Assembly: GCA_030390025.1 (NCBI GenBank) | Contig: JASTWF010000035.1 | Coordinates: 620,001 to 684,000 of the forward strand | DNA from: Squalus acanthias | Taxonomy: Eukaryota | Length of the DNA: 64,000 nt | Direction: 5' to 3' | Shown here: positions 47,001 to 59,927 of the stretch, one piece after another | Numbering within the stretch: the first letter of the stretch is position 1 | Layout: each line of letters opens with the position of its first letter | Notes under the pieces: generated by a model | Databases searched by the model: none | What the model was told of the DNA's origin: nothing | What the model saw: the letters and a program-made list of their open reading frames with translations, nothing else | Position numbers and translations under genes: made by a program

Positions 47001-50000
47001 CTCCGCTCCCTGTACACCTCTCCGCTCACTGTACTCCTCTCCCTTCACTGTCCTCCTCTCCCTTCACTGTACTCCTCTCCCTTCACTGTACTCCTCTCCC
47101 TTCACTGTACTCCTCTCCCTTCACTGTACACCTCTCCCTTCACTGTACACCTCTCCCTTCACTGTACTCCTCTCCCTTCACTGTACACCTCTCCCTTCAC
47201 TGTACTCCTCTCCCTTCACTGTACACCTCTCCCTTCACTGTACTCCTCTCCCTTCACTGTACACCTCTCCCTTCACTGTACACCTCTCCCTTCACTGTAC
47301 TCCTCTCCCTTCACTGTACTCCTCTCCCTTCACTGTACTCCTCTCCTTCACTGTACTCCTCTCCCTTCACTGTACACCTCTCCCTTCACTGTACTCCTCT
47401 CCCTTCACTGTACACCTCTCCCTTCACTGTACTCCTCTCCTTCACTGTACACCTCTCCCTTCACTGTACACCTCTCCCTTCACTGTACTCCTCTCCCTTC
47501 ACTGTACTCCTCTCCCTTCGCTGTACACCTCTCCCTTTACTGTACTCCTCTTCCTGCACTGTACACCTCTCCCTTCACTGTACTCCTCTCCCTTCACTGT
47601 ACTCCTCTCCCTTCACTGTACTCCTCTCTCTTCACTGTACTCCTCTCCCTTCACTGTACTCCTCTCCGCTCCCTGTACACCTCTCCGCTCCCTGTAATCC
47701 TCTCCGCTCCCTGTCCACCTCTCCCTTCACTGTACTCCTCTCTCTTCACTGTACTCCTCTACCTTGACTGTACACCTCTCCCTTGACTGTACACCTCTCC
47801 CTTCAATGTACACCTCTCCCTTCACAGTACACCTCTCGCTTCACTGTACACCTCTCTCTTCACTGTATTCCTCTCCCTTCACTGTGCACCTCTCCCTTCA
47901 CTGTACACCTCTCCATTCACTGTACACCTCTCCTTTCACTGTTCTCCTCTCCCTTCACTGTACACCTTTCCCTTCAGTGAACACCTTTCCCTTCACTGTA
48001 CTCCTATCCCTTCACTGTACTCCTCTCCCTTCACTGTGCACCTCTCCCTTCACTGTACACCTCTCCCTTCACTGTACACCTTCCCTTCAGTGAACACCTT
48101 TCCCTTCAGTGAACACCTTTCCCTTCACTGTACACCTCTCCCTTCACTGTACACCTCTCCCTTCACTGTACTCCTCTCCCTTCACTGTACACCTCTCCCT
48201 TCAGTGTACTACTCTCTCTTCAGTGTACACCTCTCCCTTCACTGTACACCTCTCCCTTCACTGCAAACCTCTCCCTTCACTGTACACCTCTCCCTTCACT
48301 GTACTCCTCTCCCTTCACTGTAGTCCTCTCCCTTCACTGTACTCCTCTCCCTTAACTGTACACCTCTCCCTTCACTGTACTCCTCTCCCTTCACTGTAGT
48401 CCTCTCCCTTCACTGTACTCCTCTCCCTTCACTGTACTCCTCTCCCTTCACTTTACTCCTCTCCCTTCACTGTATTCCTCTCCCTTCACTGTACACCTCT
48501 CCCTTCACTGTACTCCTCTCCGCTCCCTGTACACCTCTCCACTCCCTGTACACCTCTCCCTTCGCTGTACTCCTCTCCCTTCACTGTACACCTCTCCATT
48601 CACTGTACTCCTCTCCCTTCACTGTACTCCTCTGCCTTCACTGTACACCTCTCCCTTCACTGTACTCCTCTGCCTTCACTGTACACCTCTCCCTTCACTG
48701 TACTCCTCTCCCTTCGCTGTACTCCTCTCCCTTCACTGTACACCTCTCCCTTCACTGTACTCCTCTCTTTTCACTGTACTCATCTCCCTTCACTGTACAC
48801 CTCTCCGCTCCCTGTAATCCTCTCCACTTCCTGTCCACCTCTCCCTTCGCTGTACACCTCTCCCTTCACTGTACTCCTCTCCCTTCACTGTACTCCTCTC
48901 CCTTCACTGTAGTCCTCTCCCTTCACTGTACACCTCTCCCTTCACTGTACTCCTCTCCGCTCCCTGTACACCTCTCCACTCGCTGTACACCTCTCCCTTC
49001 GCTGTACACCTCTCCCTTCACTGTACTCCTCTCCCTTCACTGTACACCTCTCGCTCCCTGTAATCCTCTCCGCTTCCTATCCACCTCTCCCTTCACTGTA
49101 CACCTCTCCCTTCACTGTACACCTCTCCCTTCACTGTACTCCTCTCCCTTCACTGTACACCTCTCCCTTCACTGTACACCTCTCCCTTCACTGTACACCT
49201 CTCCGCTCCCTGTACATCTCTCCATTCACTGTACACCGCTCCCTTCACTGTACACCTCTCTCTTCACTGTGCTCCTCTCCCTTCACTGTACACCTCTCCC
49301 TTCACTGTACAGCTCTCCCTTCACTGTACACCTCTCCCTTCACTGTACACTCTCCCTTCACTGTACACCTCTCCCTTCACTGTACACCTCTCCCTTCACT
49401 GTACACCTCTCCCTTCACTGTACACCTCTCCCTTCACTGTACACCTCTCCCTTCACTGTACACCTCTCCCTTCACTGTACACCTCTCCCTTCACTGTACT
49501 CCTCTCCCTTCACTGTAAACCTCTCCCTTCACTGTACTCCTCTCCCTTCACTGTACACCTCTCCCTTCACTGTACTCCTCTCCCTTCACTGTACACCTCT
49601 CCCTTCACTGTACACCTCTCCCTTCACTGTACACCTCTCCCTTAACTGTACTCCTCTCCCTTCACTGTACACCTCTCCCTTCACTGTACTCCTCTCCCTT
49701 CAGTGTACTCCTCACCCTTCACTGTACACCTTGCCCTTCACTGTTCACCTCTCCCTTCACTGTACACCTCACCCTTCACTGTACACCTCTCACTTCACTG
49801 TACACCTCTTCCTTAAATGTACACCTCACCCTTCACTGTACAACTCTCCCTTCACTGTACTCCTCTCCCTTCAATGTACTCCTCTCCCTTCAGTGTACTC
49901 CTCACCGTTCACTGTACACCTTTCCCTTCACTGTACTCCTCTCCCTTCACTCTACACCTCTCCCTTCACTGTACACCTCTCGATTCACTGTACTCCTCTC

Positions 50001-53000
50001 CCTTCACTGTACTCCTCTCCCTTCACTGTACTCCTCACCCTTCACTGTACACCTTTCCCTTCACTGTTCACCTCTCCCTTCACTGTACTCCTCTCCCTTC
50101 ACTGTACTCCTCTCCCTTTACTGTACTCCTCTCCCTTCACTGTACACCTCTCCCTTCACTGTACACCTCTCCCTTCACTGTACTCCTCTCCCTTCACTGT
50201 ACTCCTCTCCCTTCACTGTACTCCTCTCCCTTCACTGTACACCTCTCCCTTCACTGTACACCTCTCCCTTCACTGTACTCCTCTCCCTTCACTGTACACC
50301 TCTCCCTTCACTGTACACCTCTCCCTTCACTGTACACCTCTCCCTTCACTGTACTCCTCTCTCTTCACTGTACACCTCTCCCTTCACTGTACACCTCTCC
50401 CTTCACTGTACTCCTCTCCCTTCACTGTACACCTCTCCCTTCACTGTACGCCTCTCCCTTCACTGTACACCTCTCCCTTCACTGTACTCCTCTCCCTTCA
50501 CTGTACACCTCTCCCTTCACTGTACATCTCTCCCTTCACTGGACTCCTCTCCCTTCACTGTTCACCTCTCCCTTCACTGCACACCTCTCCCTTCACTGTA
50601 AACCTCTCCCTTCAGTGTACTCCTCACCCTTCACTGTACGCCTCTCCCTTCACTGTACACCTCTCCCTTCACTGTACTCCTCTCCCTTCACTGTACTCCT
50701 CTCCCTTCACTGTACTCCTCTCCCTTCACTGTACTCCTCTCCCTTCACTGTACACCTCTCCCTTCACTGTACTCCTTTCTGCTCCCTGTACACCTCTCCA
50801 CTCCCTGTACACCTCTCCCTTCGCTGTACACCTCTCCCTTTACTGTACTCCTCTCCCTTCACTGTACTCCTCTCCCTTCGCTGTACACCTCTCCCTTTAC
50901 TGTACTCCTCTTCCTGCACTGTACACCTCTCCCTTCACTGTACTCCTCTCCCTTCACTGTACTCCTCTCCCTTTACTGTACTCCTCTCCCTTCACTGTAC
51001 TCCTCTTCCTTCAATGTACACCTCTCCCTTCACTGTACACCTCTCCCTTCACTGTACACCTCTCCGCTCACTGTACTCCTCTCCCTTCACTGTACTCCTC
51101 TCCCTTCACTGTACTCCTCTCTCCTTCACTGTACACCTCTCCCTTGACTGTACTCCTCTCCCTTGACTGTACACCTCTCCCTTCACTGTACACCTCTCCC
51201 TTCACTGTACACCTCTCCCTTCACTGTACACCTCTCCGCTCACTGTACTCCTCTCCCTTCACTGTACTCCTCTCCTTCACTGTACTCCTCTCCCTTCACT
51301 GTACACCTCTCCGCTCACTGTACTCCTCTCCGCTCACTGTCCACCTCTCCCTTCACTGTACTCCTCTCTCTTCACTGTACACCTCTACCTTGACTGTACT
51401 CCTCTACCTTCACTGTACACCTCTCCCTTGACTGTACACCTCTCCCTTCACTGTACTCCTCTCCCTTCAATGTACACCTCTCCCTTCACTGTACTCCTCT
51501 CCCTTCGCTGTACACCTCTCCCTTTACTGTACTCCTCTCCTGCACTGTACACCTCTCCCTTCACTGTACTCCTCTCCCTTCACTGTACTCCTCTCCCTTC
51601 ACTGTACTCCTCTCCCTTCACTGTACTCCTCTCCTTCACTGTACTCCTCTCCGCTCCCTGTACACCTCTCCGCTCCCTGTAATCCTCTCCGCTCCCTGTC
51701 CACCTCTCCCTTCACTGTACTCCTCTCTCTTCACTGTACTCCTCTACCTTGACTGTACACCTCTCCCTTGACTGTACTCCTCTCCCTTCACTGTACTCCT
51801 CTCCCTTCGCTGTACACCTCTCCCTTTACTGTACTCCTCTTCCTGCACTGTACACCTCTCCCTTCACTGTACTCCTCTCCCTTCACTGTACTCCTCTCCC
51901 TTCACTGTACTCCTCTCCTTCACTGTACTCCTCTCCCTTCACTGTACTCCTCTCCCTCACTGTACACCTCTCCGCTCCCTGTACTCCTCTCCCTTCACTG
52001 TACACCTCTCCCTTCACTGTACTCCTCTCTCTTCACTGTACTCCTCTACCTTGACTGTACACCTCTCCCTTGACTGTACACCTCTCCCTTCAATGTACAC
52101 CTCTCCCTTCACAGTACACCTCTCGCTACACTGTACACCTCTCTCTTCACTGTATTCCTCTCCCTTCACTGTGCACCTCTCCCTTCACTGTACACCTCTC
52201 CATTCACTGTACACCTCTCCTTTCACTGTTCTCCTCTCCCTTCACTGTACACCTTTCCCTTCAGTGAACACCTTTCCCTTCACTGTACTCCTATCCCTTC
52301 ACTGTACTCCTCTCCCTTCACTGTGCACCTCTCCCTTCACTGTACACCTCTCCCTTCACTGTACACCTTTCCCTTCAGTGAACACCTTTCCCTTCAGTGA
52401 ACACCTTTCCCTTCACTGTACACCTCTCCCTTCACTGTACACCTCTCCCTTCACTGTACTCCTCTCCCTTCACTGTACACCTCTCCCTTCAGTGTACTAC
52501 TCTCTCTTCAGTGTACACCTCTCCCTTCACTGTACACCTCTCCCTTCACTGTACTCCTCTCCCTTCACTGTACACCTCTCCCTTCACTGTACTCCTCTCC
52601 CTTCACTGTACTCCTCTCCCTTCACTGTACTCCTCTCCCTTCACTGTACACCTCTCCCTTCACTGTACTCCTCTCCCTTCACTGTACTCCTCTCCCTTCA
52701 CTGTACTCCTCTCCCTTCACTGTACTCCTCTCCCTTCACTGTACACCTCTCCCTTCACTGTACTCCTCTCCCTTCACTGTACACCTCTCCCTTCACTGTA
52801 CTCCTCTCCCTTCACTGTACTCCTCTCCCTTCACTGTACTCCTCTCCCTTCACTGTACTCCTCTCCCTTCACTGTACACCTCTCCCTTCACTGTACACCT
52901 CTCCCTTCACTGTACACCTCTCCGCTCACTGTACTCCTCTCCCTTCACTGTACTCCTCTCCCTTCACTGTACTCCTCTCCCTTCACTGTACTCCTCTCCC

Positions 53001-55557
53001 TTCACTGTACACCTCTCCCTTGACTGTACACCTCTCCCTTCAATGTACACCTCTCCCTTCACTGTACACCTCTCCCTTCACTGTACACCTCTCCGCTCAC
53101 TGTACTCCTCTCCCTTCACTGTACTCCTCTTCCTTCACTGTACTCCTCTCCGCTCCCTGTACACCTCTCCGCTCCCTGTAATCCTCTCCGCTCCCTGTCC
53201 ACCTCTCCCTTCACTGTACTCCTCTCTCTTCACTGTACTCCTCTACCTTGACTGTACTCCTCTACCTTGACTGTACACCTCTCCCTTGACTGTACACCTC
53301 TCCCTTCACTGTACTCCTCTCCCTTCAATGTACACCTCTCCCTTCACTGTACTCCTCTCCCTTCGCTGTACACCTCTCCCTTTACTGTACTCCTCTTCCT
53401 GCACTGTACACCTCTCCCTTCACTGTACTCCTCTCCCTTCACTGTACTCCTCTCCCTTTACTGTACTCCTCTCCCTTCACTGTACTCCTCTTCCTTCACT
53501 GTACTCCTCTCCGCTCCCTGTACACCTCTCCGCTCCCTGTAATCCTCTCCGCTCCCTGTCCACCTCTCCCTTCACTGTACTCCTCTCTCTTCACTGTACT
53601 CCTCTACCTTGACTGTACACCTCTCCCTTGACTGTACTCCTCTCCCTTCACTGTACTCCTCTCCCTTCGCTGTACACCTCTCCCTTTACTGTACTCCTCT
53701 TCCTGCACTGTACACCTCTCCCTTCACTGTACTCCTCTCCCTTCACTGTACTCCTCTCCCTTTACTGTACTCCTCTCTCTTCACTGTACTCCTCTCCCTT
53801 CACTGTACTCCTCTCCGCTCCCTGTACACCTCTCCGCTCCCTGTAATCCTCTCCGCTCCCTGTCCACCTCTCCCTTCACTGTACTCCTCTCTCTTCACTG
53901 TACTCCTCTACCTTGACTGTACACCTCTCCCTTGACTGTACACCTCTCCCTTCAATGTACACCTCTCCCTTCACAGTACACCTCTCGCTTCACTGTACAC
54001 CTCTCTCTTCACTGTATTCCTCTCCCTTCACTGTGCACCTCTCCCTTCACTGTACACCTCTCCATTCACTGTACACCTCTCCTTTCACTGTTCTCCTCTC
54101 CCTTCACTGTACACCTTTCCCTTCAGTGAACACCTTTCCCTTCACTGTACTCCTATCCCTTCACTGTACTCCTCTCCCTTCACTGTGCACCTCTCCCTTC
54201 ACTGTACACCTCTCCCTTCACTGTACACCTTTCCCTTCAGTGAACACCTTTCCCTTCAGTGAACACCTTTCCCTTCACTGTACACCTCTCCCTTCACTGT
54301 ACACCTCTCCCTTCACTGTACTCCTCTCCCTTCACTGTACACCTCTCCCTTCAGTGTACTACTCTCTCTTCAGTGTACACCTCTCCCTTCACTGTACACC
54401 TCTCCCTTCACTGCAAACCTCTCCCTTCACTGTACACCTCTCCCTTCACTGTACTCCTCTCCCTTCACTGTAGTCCTCTCCCTTCACTGTACTCCTCTCC
54501 CTTAACTGTACACCTCTCCCTTCACTGTACTCCTCTCCCTTCACTGTAGTCCTCTCCCTTCACTGTACTCCTCTCCCTTCACTGTACTCCTCTCCCTTCA
54601 CTTTACTCCTCTCCCTTCACTGTATTCCTCTCCCTTCACTGTACACCTCTCCCTTCACTGTACTCCTCTCCGCTCCCTGTACACCTCTCCACTCCCTGTA
54701 CACCTCTCCCTTCGCTGTACTCCTCTCCCTTCACTGTACACCTCTCCCTTCACTGTACTCCTCTGCCTTCACTGTACACCTCTCCCTTCACTGTACTCCT
54801 CTGCCTTCACTGTACACCTCTCCCTTCGCTGTACTCCTCTCCCTTCACTGTACACCTCTCCCTTCGCTGTACTCCTCTCCCTTCACTGTACACCTCTCCC
54901 TTCACTGTACTCCTCTCTTTTCACTGTACTCATCTCCCTTCACTGTACACCTCTCCGCTCCCTGTAATCCTCTCCGCTTCCTGTCCACCTCTCCCTTCGC
55001 TGTACACCTCTCCCTTCACTGTACTCCTCTCCCTTCACTGTACTCCTCTCCCTTCACTGTAGTCCTCTCCCTTCACTGTACACCTCTCCCTTCACTGTAC
55101 TCCTCTCCGCTCCCTGTACACCTCTCCCTTCGCTGTACACCTCTCCCTTCACTGCACTCCTCTCCCTTCACTGTACTCCTCTGCCTTCACTGTACTCCTC
55201 TCTTTTCACTGTACTCATCTCCCTTCACTGTACACCTCTCGGCTCCCTGTAATCCTCTCCGCTTCCTGTCCACCTCTCCCTTCACTGTTCACCTCTCCCT
55301 TGACTGTACACCTCTCCCTTCAGTGTACTCCTCTCCCTTCACTGTACACCTCTCCCTTCACTGTACACCTCTCCCTTCACTGTACACCTATCCGCTCCCT
55401 GTACATCTCTCCATTCACTGTACACCGCTCCCTTCACTGTACACCTCTCTCTTCACTGTGCTCCTCTCCCTTCACTGTACACCTCTCCCTTCACTGTACA
55501 CCTCTCGCTTCACTGTACACCTCTCCATTCACTGTACACCTATCCCTTCACTGTACT
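32025..55557. repeat. 19-bp tandem satellite, block 2 (~23.5 kb) with kb-scale higher-order duplications
   Basis: Same monomer, phase continuous with block 1 across provirus C. Confidence 0.98.
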
Positions 55558-57305
55558 ATGTAATATGTAAAAAGAAAGAGGTTAGTAAAAACAAACGTAG
55601 GTCCCCTGCAGTCGGAAACAGGGCAAGTCATAATGGGGAACAAGGAAATGGCGGATCAATTGAACAAGTACTTTGGTTCGGTGTTTACTGTGGAGGACAC
55701 ACACAACCTGCCAGAAATAAAAGGGGTCAGAGGATCTGGTAAGAGGGAGGAGCTGAGGGAAATCCTTATTAGTCGGGAAAAGGTATTGGGGAAATTGATG
55801 GGACTGAAGGCTGAAAAATCCCCAGGGCCTGATGGTCTGCATCCCAGAGTACTTAAGGAGGTGGCCTTGGAAATAGTGGATGCATTTACGATCATTTTCC
55901 AACATTCCTTAGACTCTGGATCAGTTCCAATGGAGTGGAGGGTGGCCAATGTAACCCCTCTTTTTAAAAAAGGAGGGAGGGAGAAAGCAGGGAATTATAG
56001 ACCGGTCAGCCTGACATCGGTCGTGGGTAAAATGATGGAAGCAATTATTAAAGATGTCATAACAGACCATTTGGAAAGTGGCGACATGATAGGTCCAAGT
56101 CAGCATGGATTTGTGAAAGGGAACTCATGCTTGACAAATCTTCTGGAATTTTTTGAGGATGTTTCCAATAGGATGGACAGGAGGGAACCAGTAGATGTGG
56201 TGTATTTGGACTTTCAGAAGGCCTTCGACAAGGTCCCACACAAGAGATTGGTGAGCAAAGTTAAAGCACATGGGATTGGGGGTAATGTGTTGACGTGGAT
56301 TGAGAACTGGTTGGCACACAGGAAACAAAGAGTAGGAGTAAATGGGTACTTTTCAGAATGGCAGGCAGTGACCAGCGGGGTACCGCAGGGTTCGGTGCTG
56401 GGACCCCAGCTGTTTACATTATACATTCATGATTTGGACGAAGGGATTAAATGTAATATCTCCAAATTTGCAGATGACACTAAATTGGGAGGCAGTGTGA
56501 ACAATGAGGAGGATGCTAGGAGGCTACAGAGTGACTTGGACAGGTTGGGTGAATGGGCAAATGTATGGCAGATGAAGTACAATGTGGATAAATGTGAGGT
56601 TATCCACTTTGGTGGTAAAAATAGAGAGGCGGACTATTACCTGAATGGTGGCAGATTAGGGAAAGGGGAGGTGCAACGAGACCTGGCGTCATGGTACATC
56701 AGTCACTGAAGGTGGGAATGCAAGTGCAGCAGGCAGTCAAGAAAGCAAACGGAATGATGGCCTTCATAGTAAGGGGATTTGAGTACAGAAGTAGGGAGGT
56801 GATGCTGCAGTTGTACAGGGCCTTGGTGAGGCCACACCTGGAGTATTGTGCGCAGTTTTGGTCTCCTAACTTAAGGAAGGACATTCTTGCTATTGAGGGA
56901 GTGCAGCGAAGGTTCACTAGATTGATTCCTGGGATGGCCGGACTGACATATCAAGAAAGATTGGGTCAACTGAACTTGTATCCTCTGGAGTTCAGAAGAA
57001 TGAGGGGGGATCTTATAGAGACATTTAAAATCCTGACTGGTTTAGACAAATTAGATGCGGGCAGAATGTTCCCAATGTTAGGGAAAACTAGAACCAGGGG
57101 TCACAGTCTAAGGATTAAGGGGAAGCCATTTAAGACTGAGCTGAGGAGGAACTTCTTCACCCAGAGAGTGGTGAATCTATGGAATTCTCTTCCACAGAAG
57201 GTTGTTGAGGCCAGTTCGCTAAATATATTCAAAAGGGAGTTAGATATAACACTCACAACTAGGGGGATCAAGGGGTATGGCGAGAAAGCAGGAATGGGGT
57301 ACTGA
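55558..57305 (+). pseudogene. CR1 ORF2 RT fragment with a frameshift near 56690
   Basis: ORFs 55633-56709 and 56691-57305 join at ...VQRDL/(GV)MVHQSL. Endonuclease domain is missing. Confidence 0.9.
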
Positions 57306-57403
57306 CGTAGTATGTTCAGCCATGAACGCATTGAATGGCGGTGCAGGCTCGAAGGACCGAATGGTCTACTCCTGTACCTATTTTCTATGTTTCTATGTTT
57401 CTA
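55558..57403 (+). mobile_element. CR1 LINE, 5'-truncated, inserted in satellite (different subfamily from 26365-29491)
   Basis: RT-coding sequence, 3' UTR and (TATGTTTC)n tail. Possible short TACT duplication or microhomology at the ends. Confidence 0.95.
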
Positions 57404-58299
57404 CTCCTCTCCCTTCACTGTACTCCTCTCCCTTCACTGTACTCCTCTCCCTTCACTGTACTCCTCTCCCTTCACTGTACACCTCTCCCTTCACTGTACA
57501 CCTCTCCCTTCACTGTACACCTCTCCCTTCACTGTACACCTCTCCATTCACTGTACACCTATCCATTCACTGTACTCCTCTCCCTTCACTGTACTCCTCT
57601 CCCTTCACTGTACACCTCTCCCTTCACTGTACACCTCTCCCTTCACTGTACACCTCTCCATTCACTGTTCTCCTCACCCTTCCCTGTACACCTCTACCTT
57701 CACTGTACTCCTCACCCTTCACTGTACACCTCTCCCTTCACTGTACAACTTTCACTTCACTGTACACCTCACCCTTCACTGTACACCTTTCCCTTCAGTG
57801 TACACCTTTCCCTTCACTGTACACCTCTCCCTTCACTGTACTCCTCTCCCTTCACTGTACACCTCTCCCTTCACTGTACACCTCTCCCTTCACTGTACTC
57901 CTCTCCCTTCACTCTACACCTCTCCCTTCACTGTACACCTCTCCCTTCACTGTACACCTCTCCCTTCACTGTACACCTCTCCCTTCACTGTACTCTCTCC
58001 CTTCACTGTACTCCTCTCCCTTCACTGTACACCTCTCCCTTCACTGTACTCCTCTCCCTTCACTGTACACCTCTCCCTTCACTGTACACCTCTCCCTTCA
58101 CTGTACTCCTCTCCCTTCACTGTACACCTCTCCCTTCACTGTACTCCTCTCCCTTCACTGTACTCCTCTCCCTTCACTGTACACCTCTCCCTTCACTGTA
58201 CTCCTCTCCCTTCACTGTACTCCTCTCCCTTCACTCTACACCTCTCCCTTCACTGTACACCTCTCCCTTCACTGTACACCTCTCCCTTCACTGTACTCC
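57404..58299. repeat. 19-bp tandem satellite, block 3
   Basis: Same monomer. Confidence 0.98.
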
Positions 58300-58874
58300 T
58301 GTAGACTTCGCAATATATCGCGATTTTATTAATAAGGAGAAAACACAGAGTTTCGTTCAAACAGCTTTTATTTCAGCAGAATGCTGCCAGGTTTAAAGTG
58401 GACACAAGCAGCCTGTAAAATGGCCGCCGCACCTCGTGACAGAACATTCTAGACTTTTCAACAGGCAGACAAGATGGCGTTCCAATAAACATTTGTGCAA
58501 GATCGATTGAGATTCAGCACAGTGAAGATAATACACGAGACATTATGGGTTTGCAGTATACACATAAATACTGAAATCGGTCTCCCAGGTACAAATGAAA
58601 GCTATTGTACCGAGTAATCAAGGGCCCATCCAAAGACATTAATATGTAAAATCCCAACGACTCTACGATGAGAGAGCCGTTAGCAGGTAGTTATACAAAA
58701 CACTTGGAAGCCCCACAACCCCTCCAGGAAGAACACCGACCGATTTAACAATGGGAGAAATATTAACAGGTACTCAGACATTTACGAGTAGCCCCGAAAC
58801 CCATTAAGAACGGAGATCACCCATACAAGACATTTGAGCGCCAGACCCTAAACAAAAGAATGGACATTAAGGTT

Positions 58875-58905
58875 GGGCGGGAAACGGAAGATTTTGCACT
58901 ATAAT
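58875..58905 (+). promoter_or_regulatory. Candidate LTR core promoter (GC box, ETS site, TATA-like)
   Basis: GGGCGG-GAAA-CGGAAG...TATAAT, conserved in all five LTRs. An alternative TATATAA lies at 59593-59599. Confidence 0.45.
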
Positions 58906-59668
58906 TGCAGGCTCCAAACCGTCCATCTTTCTCTTATCCTGTGCTCTTATTTCGTAACCTCGTGGCTGCTCCTGTGTACTCGTAGTCGGGCTCCTGCTTG
59001 CCTGTTGACTCTTTGAAAAGGACTGTTGAACTTTCTGATCCGTTCGGATCTACCTCGTGTCGCGTAACGAAGACCTATGTTGGTAACTGGCAGCGGAACC
59101 AAAGGCCCGAGATGAGATGAGATGAGATGAGATGAGAAGAGAGGAAGACCATATTCATCGCCACGGTCAGTAAATCCCGACCGCGCCTGTAGGTCGAACA
59201 GCCAAGTTTTCCTTGCCAGGAAGACTTCTTCGAAAAGAACATATCACATCGATGATATTGACTGAACTGTGCTCGGAAAAGTACCTGTTAAACCAACCAA
59301 CACAGGTCTTCATCACAGCAGATGGTCCAGCCTGCTAGCCGGAGCAGCAGAAGCAAGTAAACAAGTGGGACCAGGAGATCTCCTGACCGACACGTGGGTG
59401 CTGCGGTGAAAAACATCCGATCAGCTATTCGGAATTTCTCCGAGTTATCACGAGTGGTGAGCATGAGTCTCGAAATCCTACGAATCTAGTTAGGATAGAT
59501 ATTGATATGGGAGGGTTTAAGGATTAAGGATATTTGTAATGTGTGCCCCTATTTACGGTGTGCCGTTCGTTCCTCGTTTCCCTAAGATCGACTATATAAC
59601 TGCTTGTAAGATTGTACTGTCATTAATCTGTGCTTATGACATGTATTTCATAATCTTAAGTATCATGC

Positions 59669-59674
59669 AATAAA
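59669..59674 (+). terminator. Candidate polyadenylation signal in LTR
   Basis: AATAAA ~250 nt before the LTR end, conserved in all five LTRs. Confidence 0.6.
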
Positions 59675-59927
59675 GATTTTCCATTTCGTACCATTCAACC
59701 GAGTCTACATGAGTTTCATCTCCATTACTGCTCTCGCATCTAAGTCCAGTGTCTAGAACCGTAAGGGCGAGTGATTCGAACCACTCACAGGTGTGTCTAG
59801 TGTTCCCAGACTGGCTGGAGACCAGAACAGGCAACAAGGCCTAGACCCGCACTGACATACAGGCTGCACAGAGCCGCGTGAATCTCACAGGCTGCGAGAC
59901 ACGCAGGGTCAGAATCCCTTACAGAAA

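Larger units (their letters stand above)
58300..59923 (+). repeat. 5' LTR of ERV copy D (~1.62 kb)
   Basis: TGTAGACTT...CCTTACA. Reverse-complement homolog of the other LTRs. Confidence 0.95.

Noticed and set aside
32025..55557. CRISPR array or telomeric repeat
   Set aside because: Head-to-tail monomers with no unique spacers, no cas genes and no TTAGGG array.
15654..58396. Dozens of long + strand ORFs with repeating LHCTPLPSLYTSPFTVHLS
   Set aside because: They are translations of a stop-free 19-bp satellite in all three frames, not genes.
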